Below, one piece after another: positions 13,721 to 25,446 of a stretch of 64,000 nt of DNA. The notes beneath the pieces were generated by a model. That model saw only the letters and a list, made by a program, of their open reading frames with translations, searched no databases and was not told the DNA's origin. Numbering within the stretch: position 1 is the stretch's first letter; each line of letters opens with the position of its first letter. Source of the DNA: Mytilus trossulus (taxonomy: Eukaryota). The DNA lies in the NCBI RefSeq assembly GCF_036588685.1, contig NC_086375.1:75950001-76014000 (forward strand), written 5' to 3'. The position numbers and the translations under genes are program-made.

Positions 13721-15834
13721 TGCCCGCGTCACACTGTCCCGATTTTTATATACGATGGACACCCGAATGCTAAAATTGTAAGTGATCTCGTTAAAATACA
13801 AAAAAGTGACCGAAGCAGGTACGATGAATAAGGAAGTCTACAAGATGGTGCCGAAATTATATACGATAGCAAAAGATGGACAGACGAATGTTACCCGAAA
13901 ACGGGTATTTGAGCTTCATATCTCAGCCGAAGCCTGCACGATGGATCACGAAGGCTACACGATGGATTACGAAGGCTACACGATGGATTACGATGATGGC
14001 GCGATGGCCATACGATGTCTAAAAGACGTCGTCATCTTACGATGCATTTTAATTATATACCGAAGGCATCACGCGTTTTGAATTGTTTGATCAATATTGA
14101 ATATAGATTTTATTGTAAGAAAATACAAACGATCTACAAAAGCGTTCTACCTGTTTTGGACTTTTTTACGATACGAACAGAATTTCGACAACAAATCGTT
14201 TCTCTATAAGTCTGCCATGCATCGCGGCAAATCGATCTTTTTGTCTAATTCTTATAAAACTTAGTTTATTATCCCCTCGCCTACTACATGTAAGTTGCTT
14301 GTAGATAAAATTGTTATGGACACTCTAGAACCAAAGTGCTCAAAACTTGGTATGGTGTTACTCGTTAAGAATATCTTTTAAAAGCGCAAGTTCAAAGGTC
14401 AAGGTCACAGTGGCAGTTGTAATACAAGGCAATATCACCATTGTGGACACTCTAAAACCAATATGCTTCAAAAGATTTTAACCACATTTGGTATTTTGTT
14501 CCTCTTGGTACTGATCTGATATTTTTTACGTTCAAGGCCAAAGGTCAAGGTCATGGAGATGGACTTGTTTTTTTCTCCTTGAAATAGCATAATACACAGG
14601 AAATTGGTTGCTCATTTTTTTACCTGCTGGTTCTACTGAATGTTTTGGTTGATTTCTAAAAAAATAGTTTATGTATCAAAAATGCATATTCAATTACTAA
14701 ATTACAAATATAGTGTGTCTTTAGTGTCCATATTTGTCCCCAATATGTTACATACGAGGGGATGCCACGCTCGGCATTGCCTTGTTTGAACTGTAAAATG
14801 TGTGTCTAAATAATCACCCATAATTATGCCCATGTTTACTGATCTATCTTAACGGTAAGGTAATGGGTTCGTTGATCCCTTTTATTCAAAAAGAGCTCTT
14901 TCCAGGAGAATATCATTATAAAATAGACAAAAGGAGGATGTGGGGAAATCAACAAATGCGGCAAAATATGACATATAGAAAACAAAATGGTTATGGAGTA
15001 AACATTCGTGTGACAACAACTAGACGATACATAAAAAAATCAGAATAATGAAGAAAAAGTTGGTTTCCCTATGTACGTGTACCTGCAGTGTTGGTGTACG
15101 AGGCGCGTTATTTTCATTATGTTACTTGATATGAAAAAATAACAAAAAATAATATTTTACTTGTAAAAGTAAATCCTGAGTCTGTAATAGCTGCTCTTTT
15201 TGTTCCATTTGAATTAATAGAAACAACGCTATCGCCTTTCTTGTTCTCATAGAATCATATGATATGAGCTCCTAGCTCTTTCTTAACTGTCGTATTAGAC
15301 TGACCATTGCATATCGCGCATGGTACTTTAAATGTATTTTAGCGCGAAAGTTAACTTAAATTTAGTTGGATTTATTGCCGTCGTAGTTCCATATTGTCGC
15401 CTTCGTACTTTTATTCGATGGCAACACGATGGGATTATGAGGTCTTCACGAAGTCGTGTTGCCATCGGGTAGCTTCGTGATTCATTCGTGTAGACATCGT
15501 AATGTCAAAATTGCCCGATGGAAACGATGGAAACACGAATGCAATACGATGTTCAAGGATGCATTCCCGGTGATATTACGATGGTGAGGATGGTGATACG
15601 AACTCAATACGAACCCTCAACATCGGACGCACCTTCGGGGATTTTTTAACATGTTAAAAAATTTAGAACCCTTCCCGAAGTTGTCCCCGAAGGCTAGAAA
15701 AAGTGGCCGATGGTTCTATGATTGTTACAGATGGCACTACGAATAGTCCGATCTATTACGATCAGTCCCGATTTTGAAAATTTCTATAATCGTTTTGCCA
15801 TCGGCGTAAAAATCGGGACAGTGTGACGCGGGCA
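13721..15834. mobile_element. Non-autonomous TIR DNA transposon, PIF/Harbinger-like
   Basis: Perfect terminal inverted repeat TGCCCGCGTCACACTGTCCCGATTTTTA / TAAAAATCGGGACAGTGTGACGCGGGCA, flanked by TTA and TAA; ACGAT-rich subterminal regions; 21-bp tandem repeat at 13938-13996. Confidence 0.8.
14268..14787 (-). mobile_element. Helentron-type non-autonomous insert nested in the TIR element
   Basis: TTATCCCCTCGCC at one end, GGGATGCCACGCTCGGCATTGCCTTGTT at the other; two internal repeats with CAAAGGTCAAGGTCA and TGGACACTCTA. Confidence 0.45.
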
Positions 15835-15954
15835 TAACAGAAAGTAAAAGACAAAAGAAAGGATTTCATGATTATTAATAAATATAATAATGTTTAGACA
15901 AAAAAGTGATGATGTAGCATAATTTTTTTCTGCTTAAATACCGGTGATTTGTCT

Positions 15955-16125
15955 CCTTTTTTTGAAACTGACATCACCAAGATGCTTGATTTCTTGTTTG
16001 ACCAGATACTTATTATTCGTTCTTTAACGAACAATCGGCTTTCCCATTGGAACCAACTGCGCCTCTTCGTGCCGAATAGTTCCTTTACTCATATTAGGCT
16101 GAATTCATACCCACTTTTGTTCAGA
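15955..16125 (+). pseudogene. Penelope-like RT fragment
   Basis: ETDITKMLDFL..IGFPIGTNCA..FLYSY*AEFI across frames. Confidence 0.65.
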
Positions 16126-16254
16126 AGCAAACGGAAGCCCGTCTCTGAGTGTGACATTTTCTCGCTTGTAATCTTGATCTGTTGTATGCTTTTTGTTTTG
16201 TTTAGTCAAGTTGTCGTCCCTTTGACACAATCCCCATTTTCCTTCTCAATTTTG

Positions 16255-16635
16255 TAATAGAGTTATGTTGTACTGTTTCACCACTGTACCAGGTTATGTG
16301 GACGGTTGGGATCCTTTTTATATGTTAAACCCCGCCACATTCTCTACATGTGTGCCTGTCCCAAGTCAGGAGCCTGTAACTCATTGGTTGTCGTTTGTTG
16401 ATGTGTTACATATTTGTTTTTCATTCAATTTTTGTACATTAATGAGCCGTTAGTTTTCTCGTTCGAATTGTTTTACATTTGTCATTTCGGGGACTGTTAA
16501 AGCTGACTATGGACTATGCAGTATAGGCTTTTCTCATTGTTGAAGGCGGTACGGTGATCTGTAGTTGATAATATCTATGTCATTTTGTATCTTGCGAAGA
16601 ATTGTCCCATTTGCAATCATACCCCATCTTTCCAT
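16255..16635 (+). repeat. SINE-like dispersed repeat with Nin/Deu-like core
   Basis: TTAAACCCCGCCACATTC..TGTGCCTGTCCCAAGTCAGGAGCC core; related pieces at 28940-29250 and 60050-60360. Family name is from memory. Confidence 0.5.
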
Positions 16636-17049
16636 TAATATAAGTGGATATAAAACATTATTCATTCTGATGCAAGTATCCTCCAATCTTATTGTTTGAT
16701 TGCTAGTGTGTAAAAAACACTCTGTCCTTTAAAGCCTTGGATAAATGAACAAAATATTTGATTACACACAGATATATGATTTAATATACTTAAATAGATG
16801 TCCATGATAATCAACAATAATCTGTGTAATAGATGACCATTTTTGTTTCAAAAAATCATAAGCAGGAAATTGTGTTTCAATGAGTTATTTTGGTAACGTT
16901 TATAGTCCTCAGTAAAATATTCAACTATCAAAGTTTGGTATGACGGCCACATAAAAAGAAATAATATTTTTTCGTTACAACCTTCATAGAACTGTATTAA
17001 AAGCTTCTTATAAAATATGTTTAAAAATGAAAATGATGTGTTTGGATTC

Positions 17050-18095
17050 ACTTATTAATTAAAAACCATACGATATCACCTTTTAGAAAAGTTCATGTTG
17101 AATCATGTTTAGATCCCAGTAATAACATTGCCAGATGTACTGTAAATATAAAGTAAGTGGGAACAGTCCCATATCATATAGTTTTTTTTATGTATTGCTC
17201 TAAATCAAGGTCCCGCAATACCTGCTTATAGCTATATATTTTAAGTGCAACCGTTTTGGTGTAATTGTAATATTTAATAGAAATAGACTCATTTTAATAA
17301 TAAAGTGGAGTTCTAGATGTTTCCTCATTGTGATGTAGAACGTTGCTGATGTTGATTGCGTCAATTCCTTGATTGGTAAACTGATCAGAAAGGCATGTCC
17401 TCTCTCCCTCGTTTAAAAGACATAAAAGAGCTACATTACAAATTATACTGACCATTCTGTATATTTAAGAAAATGTATTTATGCTTCCTTTGTCAAGTGT
17501 ATATTCCCTCAAATATTTTAGAAATTAAACAGGCTGTAAAAAATTCCAATGTAATGCAACCGATTCGAATGATTTAGATGTAAAATAAGATAATCAAAGC
17601 TCCTAGAGGGCGGTCTAGATTTTGAAGACTTTTTTTTTCATTAGACAAAGGTAATGTTTCTATATATGTTTACGTTCGTTTGTGTTTTGAAATAGTATTA
17701 CAAAAGCCCATACATTTAGATCACTGCAAGCTGGACTTGACAAATTTGCTTCTTCTCTGATGTTATCAGTTCAACTATATAAAATTGCATTTACTTGTTC
17801 CCTTATTCAAAAATTGTCTCTATCTTCTCAGAAAGGAGTACTTAGTATAAGGATTTTGTTGTGATGATACATTTGCTCTAGGATCATGGTTTTAAATGGT
17901 TATAAATAACCCTGAATTGCGGATCTTTATTATGTTCATAAGGTGTTGATTTATTCTTTCAGTTTGTTGAGATTCACCAAGTCTCGTAAACGGCATTGTC
18001 TGTTGAACAGTCAAGGGTTCAAGAGATTAAATATAATAATTTCATGTCAAGTTATTTGTGAAATCAGGAGTCGTGATTAACATTTTACATGTGCT
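17050..18095 (-). pseudogene. Degenerate Penelope-like element with N-terminal GIY-YIG endonuclease (Naiad-type)
   Basis: Minus-strand order across stops and frameshifts: CKMLIT..LDCSTDNAVY..GE..LKERINxH..YNH (GIY-YIG), then LSSPACSDLNV, then FTNQGIDAINISNVLHH, YNYT and SGNVITG. Confidence 0.55.
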
Positions 18096-19710
18096 TCTTT
18101 TTTTTCTTTTTTTGTGTTCATTCCAAGAAGAAATGATTGCAGTTGAATCATGTAATGTTTATAACTTCACGATCTATAAATATCTAATATGCATGCCTTA
18201 CTGAGGTATAATCTCTAATTAATTTTAAGCAATGAAGGCAAACTTTATCTTATTTTCCAATGTTCTGCAATGATATCGTTCTATGTATCGGAGTCACCTT
18301 TTTCATGACGTCACAATAGCTCAAGAAGATGAAAGCAAGAGCATGTGACGGTCATATTTCAATTATGACCAATGAAGAACTGAGATTAATCGAACCATAC
18401 GTTTATGAAAAATAATATTCAATTGGCTAAGAATTATAGAAAGTGGTGTAATGTATTATTATTATGTTTTTTTTAATCAAGAGTTTCCTTCTTAATTTCG
18501 AAGGATGGTTAATTTCTGATGAAATTCGTATAAACACAAAATTAACAGGAAAATATAATATCAACCCCTTTTATGTAGTAATGAGCTAAACTGCCACTTC
18601 ATAATTAGTCAACAAGGAGTGTATTTTTGATTAATTAATGATGAATGAGTCATTGTGATTTTTAGAATTTGAAAACTAGAACATAACCAGCAAAAAAAAC
18701 CTAGTACAGTTTGAATTTCTGAATTATTTCTAAAGCTTCAATTTTAGATCTGTATATTTGCATCACTCTTTATTTAAGACATAGCCATGGTGTAAAGAAC
18801 ACTGATGTATATCAATCTTGTTTTATTGCGTGTTCTGTGTCAAGGTTTCTAGCAAAGATCTTCATAATGCAAGAACATGATTACTGTACCGCAGAATATT
18901 TTTTCAATAAAAATCAATCAAGAACTTATGTTTCATTTTGATTGTACATATTATATATGCCAAGTTGAAATAACTAACGAGTTTATTTACTCACTTACGT
19001 ATTATGCATAAACAATACGTGTTTAGCAGCAATTATAATTAATCGAAAAAAGAAAAAATAGCAGTGCTACAAACAAAAAATATCTACAATGGATGAAGGA
19101 AATAGATAGCGAGTTGTTTCATTTTGCTCCTTAACTAGGTATTTACTGTAGTATATTAAGAATTTCGAAAGCGCCCACAAATAGACCCTTATTTGAAAGA
19201 AGGTTCCTCTCTGAAGCTTCTTTTAACCTAAAATCACCCCCCTAAAATATATACCTATGCAATTCAAGTATAGCTGAAATTATAGCTATGATTTTAAAAA
19301 TTAAACGAATCGCGAAAAAAGAAAATGAATATCATAATCTATAATTTTTTAAGGTCTGCAAGGCAATTGTACACAATCGATCGATTATGAAAGACGGCAA
19401 TTTTTAATTATTCGATGCGACAATCACTTAAAATAATGTGTTCACTGGAAAACTGGTTGTCAAAGGGCAATAACTTAAAATTCGAAAATTTCTAATGCGT
19501 TTTAATTAATTGCCTTGCAGCACACATTTGTAAATGTAAATTAAACTCCATTTGAAATCATAGAAACACTGAACAATTTGATAAAATAAAAAATCTTGGA
19601 ATTTCTGTAGATACATAGGCATTTTATTCACAAAGCGATGTATTCCTCAATGATGAAATGACCGTATAAAGATTTTAAACTACTTCAATGTATGAGTATG
19701 GTACAGTATT

Positions 19711-21924
19711 TAGTGCAGCGGCGAAATCTGAAAAGACGCTTAGTTAAGGAGTTTAATGCACCCAAAGAACACACACCTGGATTTTTTTTAAATGAAAGAA
19801 TACATGTTAAACTTGTATTTTAAACATGCCGTAAGAAAATCGTATGGTCGAATTTCCGTAAAAATGGCTTTTTAGAGCGTTATGTAGTGTATAAAAAAAA
19901 ATTCACTGATACACTAAAATGTAAATTATTATTACAAATTACAATATTACGGCTATTTTTTAATTTTATAATGTAATAATATATAAATGACGATAAAACT
20001 AGTCAATAATTGTTTTTAAAATATTTACAATCAACATTTTAAAAACCGTTTTACTTCAGTAGTTGTGGTTAAAACGATTCTTACCGGTTTCCGTTAATAA
20101 CAGGATAATTATAAAACACTTCATTTGTGTTTATTTGGCATAAATATACACTTCGATATTTACTTTATACAAAACAACTTTCGTTTGGAACATTTCTTAT
20201 TCGATTTACAAGAAATTTTTAATTTGAATATAACACATCAATCTGTTACACAATTTATCTAAATCTGGAATTACCGTCCGGGACGTTATTTTTTGTTTAA
20301 TCCTCACTCCATTCAGTTCTATCACTGCACAAGCCAAATGTCGATTACATTTCACATTGAAATTGTTTAATTAATATCAATTTTAGGTTTTATATTTGTC
20401 TTTACACTAGTTTTATATTTGCTTTGTTTTTGATTTCATTGTTTTTTTGTTATTTTGAATACCCAGAGTGGTAATATATTGGTTTTTTTTTATCATTGTT
20501 TACATTGTGTTAAGTAATCGCTTAAAAAATATTCCGGATCTGTTGTGAAAATTTTCCAGATAATGTCACAGTTCGGTAGTCCTTTAAAACTTACCCCAAC
20601 AGGTGCCAAGAGAGGGAAGTCTTCCTTAGATTGGCTGGAATGCATTATTTGTCAGATTAAAAGCCCGGAAAAAATATATATTTTCACTGAGAAAGGCAAA
20701 GTTAGTTTTATTGAAGCTACTAAAATACGGAAAGATGAGATCTATTTGAAGATTGTAGAAGAGTTGTCTTCTATTAATCATTTTTTTTTCGGAAAATGTT
20801 GATGTTAAATATCATAGATCTTGTTGTAAATCTTACACCAGTAAGCAGAATCTATCTTGTTATAAACAAGAATTTATGGAAACGGAGGAGAATATAGGTG
20901 GTGCTAGCATTTGTTCACCTGCTGCAAGCACATCTAGAATCACAACTCGATTAGAGTGGTATTCCTGTATTTTTTGTAAGAACAAAACTTACAAAAAAAG
21001 ATGCTAAATTGCACAAAGTGAAATCAGAAGACAGAATTAAGAATATACTTGAGGCAGCTAGAAAAAAATCGGATCATGAAATTGAGTCAACGGTTTTACA
21101 TGAAAATTTTCCTGAAATGACCTTTATCATTCGGCCTGTATAACTAAATATCTGCTGAAAACACCCCAAAAAGTAAAAACAGAATGATTTAATATACGTT
21201 TAGTTAACTTTGACACTGAAGCTATTTCCGTTTATTATGGAAGGACGATCGGGCATTCCGAATGTTAAAAAACGTCAAAAAACGTTGATATGATGCCAAC
21301 ATATTTTATAAACCTTATTTGAATACATTTTGATTTTACAGCAAAAATATATATGGCAGCCTTTATTTGAAAAAAAAATGTAAACATTTTACGAAAATAA
21401 CCATCATGACCATTGAAACTGAAATTAATGAAATTAACTTTTATCCCTTCTTTACCTGACTTTAACCTTTTGTATAGTAGCAAGTCGTCTTCAGACTTCA
21501 TTTTTATCGAAAAAAAATATTACCAAATTTCAAGGTCATCCTTGTATGAAAACTAAATGAAGTCATATATAAACAAAATGTATCATATAACGAAAAACGT
21601 CAATTTTAACGTTAAAAATGACGTGTTTAGAAAAAAATTGGTATTCACTACAGGTTTCATATATGTTGAATGAAATATTGTCCCCTGATTGTTTAATATG
21701 TTTTATGATCCTAAATGTAGCCCAAAACAGACAGTAAAGACAAAATTTTGTAATATTCAATTGTTGACCTTTGATCTCAATTATGCAAAATTCCGACCAC
21801 TTCTCATGCTTACGGCATCATTAATATTAAAGTTAACAATTTTATCTTTTCAATGATATATAATTTAGCCGTGTGTTCGGTGGGTGCACTAAAAAAAATA
21901 TTTTTGGATTCTACCGCTGGTCTA
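19711..21924 (+). mobile_element. Academ-like DNA transposon, internally deleted
   Basis: Termini TAGTGCAGCGG.. / ..CCGCTGGTCTA with inner IR TGCACCCA..GAACACAC; 3-bp TSD ATT (19708-19710, 21925-21927); internal transposase relic. Confidence 0.75.
20563..21185 (+). pseudogene. Academ-type transposase N-terminal fragment, frameshifted
   Basis: DWLECIICQ..KYHRSCCKSYTS..EWYSCIFC..YHSACITKY, i.e. two CxxC/YHxxC modules. Confidence 0.6.
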
Positions 21925-22421
21925 ATTCGACAGTCGTTTGATTCGACATATTTTATTTTGTAGTATAATTATCTTGTCAACTGTACTCGATCGTAATGCA
22001 ATATATAAGTATTTTTATAAAGTATTATAAAGAAATGAAAACAAAAATATTTGTAAAGTAAAATCTTTTTTTTTGTTGTTCTTAATTAAATGTTCATTGT
22101 TAGATTTGAGGCAAGGGATAAAGAAGATCCTACTGGGCAAAAGTGTTCATATATTTTTATCTCGCATATTCAGTTCTACCTTACCCTTCAGCGCATATTT
22201 ACGACTCCACCTCTACTCATTTTGCTTGAACTTGAGATTAAGAATAGCAGGTACATTTTATGCAATCGATATTTTAACAGCCGATATACAGAATCAGAAT
22301 AACTTGTGTAACTATATTCTTATGAAATTTGATGTAATGATTGTCAAATTTTAAATGTTTAATGTTCAATGCTCTTCAACTTTGTACTTGTTTTTTTTCT
22401 TTTAAAACTATGTTGATATGA

Positions 22422-22465
22422 GCGTCACTGGTGAGTCTTATGTCGACGACACGCGCATCTGGCGT
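22422..22465 (+). ncRNA. Degenerate minimal type I hammerhead ribozyme in retrozyme-type repeat (22362-22490)
   Basis: GCGTCA CTGGTGA GTCT TATGT CGAC GACAC GCGC ATC TGGCGT; core mutated at two conserved positions. Confidence 0.6.
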
Positions 22466-23429
22466 ATTAAATCACAACCCTGGTACCTTATGGTTTGACA
22501 AAATTGTACTCATTTAGCTGTCTTGCACCTGTAAGAAAACAAACAGAAAACTGATTAGAACATTATGAAATCTTATAACTGTCCCGCAACCCTCCTGTAA
22601 AAAAACAACTAGAAAACTGATACAAAACTTTATTTCTTCTGTGGCAATCTAATTGTTTGATGAATAACTCTCCACCCTATTTTATCTGGGGATAACACAC
22701 AGAAATATGACTACATAATCTTAGATAGATGGTCCGAATACACAGTTATCTCTTAGTGCATTTCTTTTAGACAAAACATGAAAATAAAATAAAACCACCT
22801 GCTTTCTCAATAATATTTTTACAGTATGTTGTACTAATTTTGGGACGAATCATATCAAAAATATAGACAATTTCATGCTAAGGAGGTCTTGAAATCTTTT
22901 TACAGCTTCCAAAGTGCTAATTTTAAGCCTTTTTCATCTAAACCAAATCACTACTTTATAATTTATGACCCAATTCTTTTACAGTACACTTGCACCCCCT
23001 TCTTGCTACTTGAAGCATACAACATGAAGAAATACATTTGTAAGAGGTATTAGAAAAATGGCAAGTGACAAACTGTCCACAGTAGGGATTATATATACTC
23101 ATTTTGTTTTAAAGAAACAAAATAAAGCAGGATATCTTGTTTCAATTTGTTTTGTTCGTTAAAGGTTGTAGTTATCAAAAAGTTAAATAGCGAAAATGCC
23201 GAACTCTGAGGACCTTTCTAAACGAAAAGTTCATAAGCATATGGCAAAATCAAAAGCTCAAACACATCAAACGAATAGATAACAACTGTCATATTTCTGA
23301 CTTGATACAAGCCATATTTGTATGTAGAAAATGGTGAATTAAACTTGGACGGGAAAAAGATGAGGGATGCAATGGTGACACTCTGCAAAAATAGAAAGGA
23401 AATACTATAAACAATCGTACAAGTTGGGA

Positions 23430-24560
23430 TATCTAAACACCGATATAGTGACAAGGGAACGTCACTATCTAAAAATGGATAATTTACGATATGAAATAAA
23501 AAATCATCTCTTTTACCATATTTAGTGTTAAGCTTCCATGTTAATGATAAAGATATCAAGATCGAGGAAAGGGCAGTGGTCATTAGAATTGGTATTAGCT
23601 TTATTTAAAGTAAGTTCGATCAACAGGATACATTTCTTTAGTTTGCATACTGATGTTGTCATTATTGAGAGCCAATATATCATCCAGATATCTAAAAGTG
23701 TTATTAAATTTTTGTATCAAATGTTGTCTCGGTGGGTCTTTGCTGATTTTTGTATTAAATTGTAACTCATAACAACACAAAAACAGGCCCACAATAAGTG
23801 GTGCACAGTTATTTCCCATTGGAATTCCAATAACCTTGCGATATACGGAATATCCAAAGCGAACAAAAATGTTATCTAGTAAAAATTCAAGGGCAGATAT
23901 ATTATCAAGGCATGGCCAATTGACATAGTTATTTTGTTTATTGCTGCTAAAAAATGACCTAAAAGAGTTTGAACATATATATTCACATTCTGACTTTTCA
24001 AATGCCCATTTAATTAAGTGTACGATTGTTTTCTTAATAAAAATGTGAGGCAATGAAGTATATAGGATAGAAATATCAAAACTTTGAACAAATTCAAAAT
24101 CACCAATATAAGCATGCAATTTATCAAGTACCTCCAACGAGTTTTTAACACTCCAAAAGTAATTAATTCCACTATTTTTAAAGGCTTTATTTGAACAATT
24201 TATTATCAAGTTTTTCATTGTACCAAGTGTACTGTTAAGAATAATAGCCAATTAAGTAGTGAAACAATGGCTTGAAGACCAAAAAAAATATTTGTAAGGT
24301 GTTTTGTGTAGCTTCGGAAGCCAATATATAGTTGAGACTTTCATTGTATTTGGTTCTGCTTGTAAAGAGGAAGCTAAAAGCTTATGTTTGTTTCAGGAGT
24401 TAAGAAAGCTACCAGGATTATAATTTCGTACGCCAGACGCGCGTTTCGTCTACATAAGACTCACCAGTGACGCTCATATCAAAATAATACAGATGTCGTT
24501 TTCTGAAAATGAAGTCAGTTGGAATGTTGGTGAATTGGTGATTTCTTTTTCAGAACCTCA
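23430..24560 (-). pseudogene. Penelope-like reverse transcriptase, disrupted
   Basis: YWLPKLHK, SFDISILYTSLPH, GIPMGNNCAP, FRYLDDILA, KRDDFLFHIVNYPFLDSDVP motifs in the correct order, with frameshifts. Confidence 0.9.
24430..24473 (-). ncRNA. Minimal type I hammerhead ribozyme, variant core CUGGUGA
   Basis: Minus strand: GCGTCA CTGGTGA GTCT TATGT AGAC GAAAC GCGC GTC TGGCGT; stems I-III pair, single core substitution. Confidence 0.8.
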
Positions 24561-25446
24561 ATGTAAAATGAACGTCAAACAATAATAATATTATTAGCTG
24601 ACTTATCGAGCGGGACAAAATCAAAGTCCTTGGCTAGTTCTTTTAGTTTATGTTTGATACGAGAAATAGGTTTATTGTTGTTGTTGTTAATAGTAAAATG
24701 TTCCTGAAAATGTTGAATAAGTATATCAACTATGTTCATTACTGAACTAAAAAAATGTCCAAAGATTTTTTGTCAGATTTTTCGCGTTTTATCTATAATG
24801 CATGAATGTCAACGTATATTTCCGTCTTCTGCTTTACCAAGTGTGTAGAATCTGGACGCTACCATGTTTTACCTCCAAATTGAAGAGTACATCTATTGGT
24901 CAACCATAATGTATTCGGAATGGGCGTGACTTTAATCTATCAATAGATGGCGCAACATTGTTATCACAAATGTTGGATTAATTTGTCAAGGGTGGAGAGG
25001 ACGGAAGTGGATCATAACCCATTGTTAGCGGAGGTAATTTTTCCTCAGACTTTGGTATTTTTTTTATTTTACTGTTTGATACAGATTGGAAAGTACCCTC
25101 AATTTAACAAACTCCTTCAGTGGACAGAGTTCAGATATGTAACGAATATAATGTTGTCTGCTCTATGGTCAGGTTGTTGTCGCTGTGGCACATTTCCTTT
25201 CTCAATTTTATATAGGGATTTAAAAAAAATTTCTCTAGATTTTTTCTACATGTTGTGGCACAGAAAAAAAAAGCAAAACAATATTTGTTGGAAATTTTAT
25301 TTTCGACATAATGAAACTTTTTTTAGGCATTGTAGGTTTTTTTGTATGCGTCGTAGTAACTTATTTTTGTTCGTATATGTTAATAGTAATATATATTTTG
25401 ACACATTTATGTGGGTATAAATATCTTATTTGCAATGAAGTTTTTC

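Noticed and set aside
24947-25420. 157-aa plus-strand ORF downstream of the TLR
   Set aside because: No recognisable domain, low-complexity AT-rich codons, includes a common short repeat
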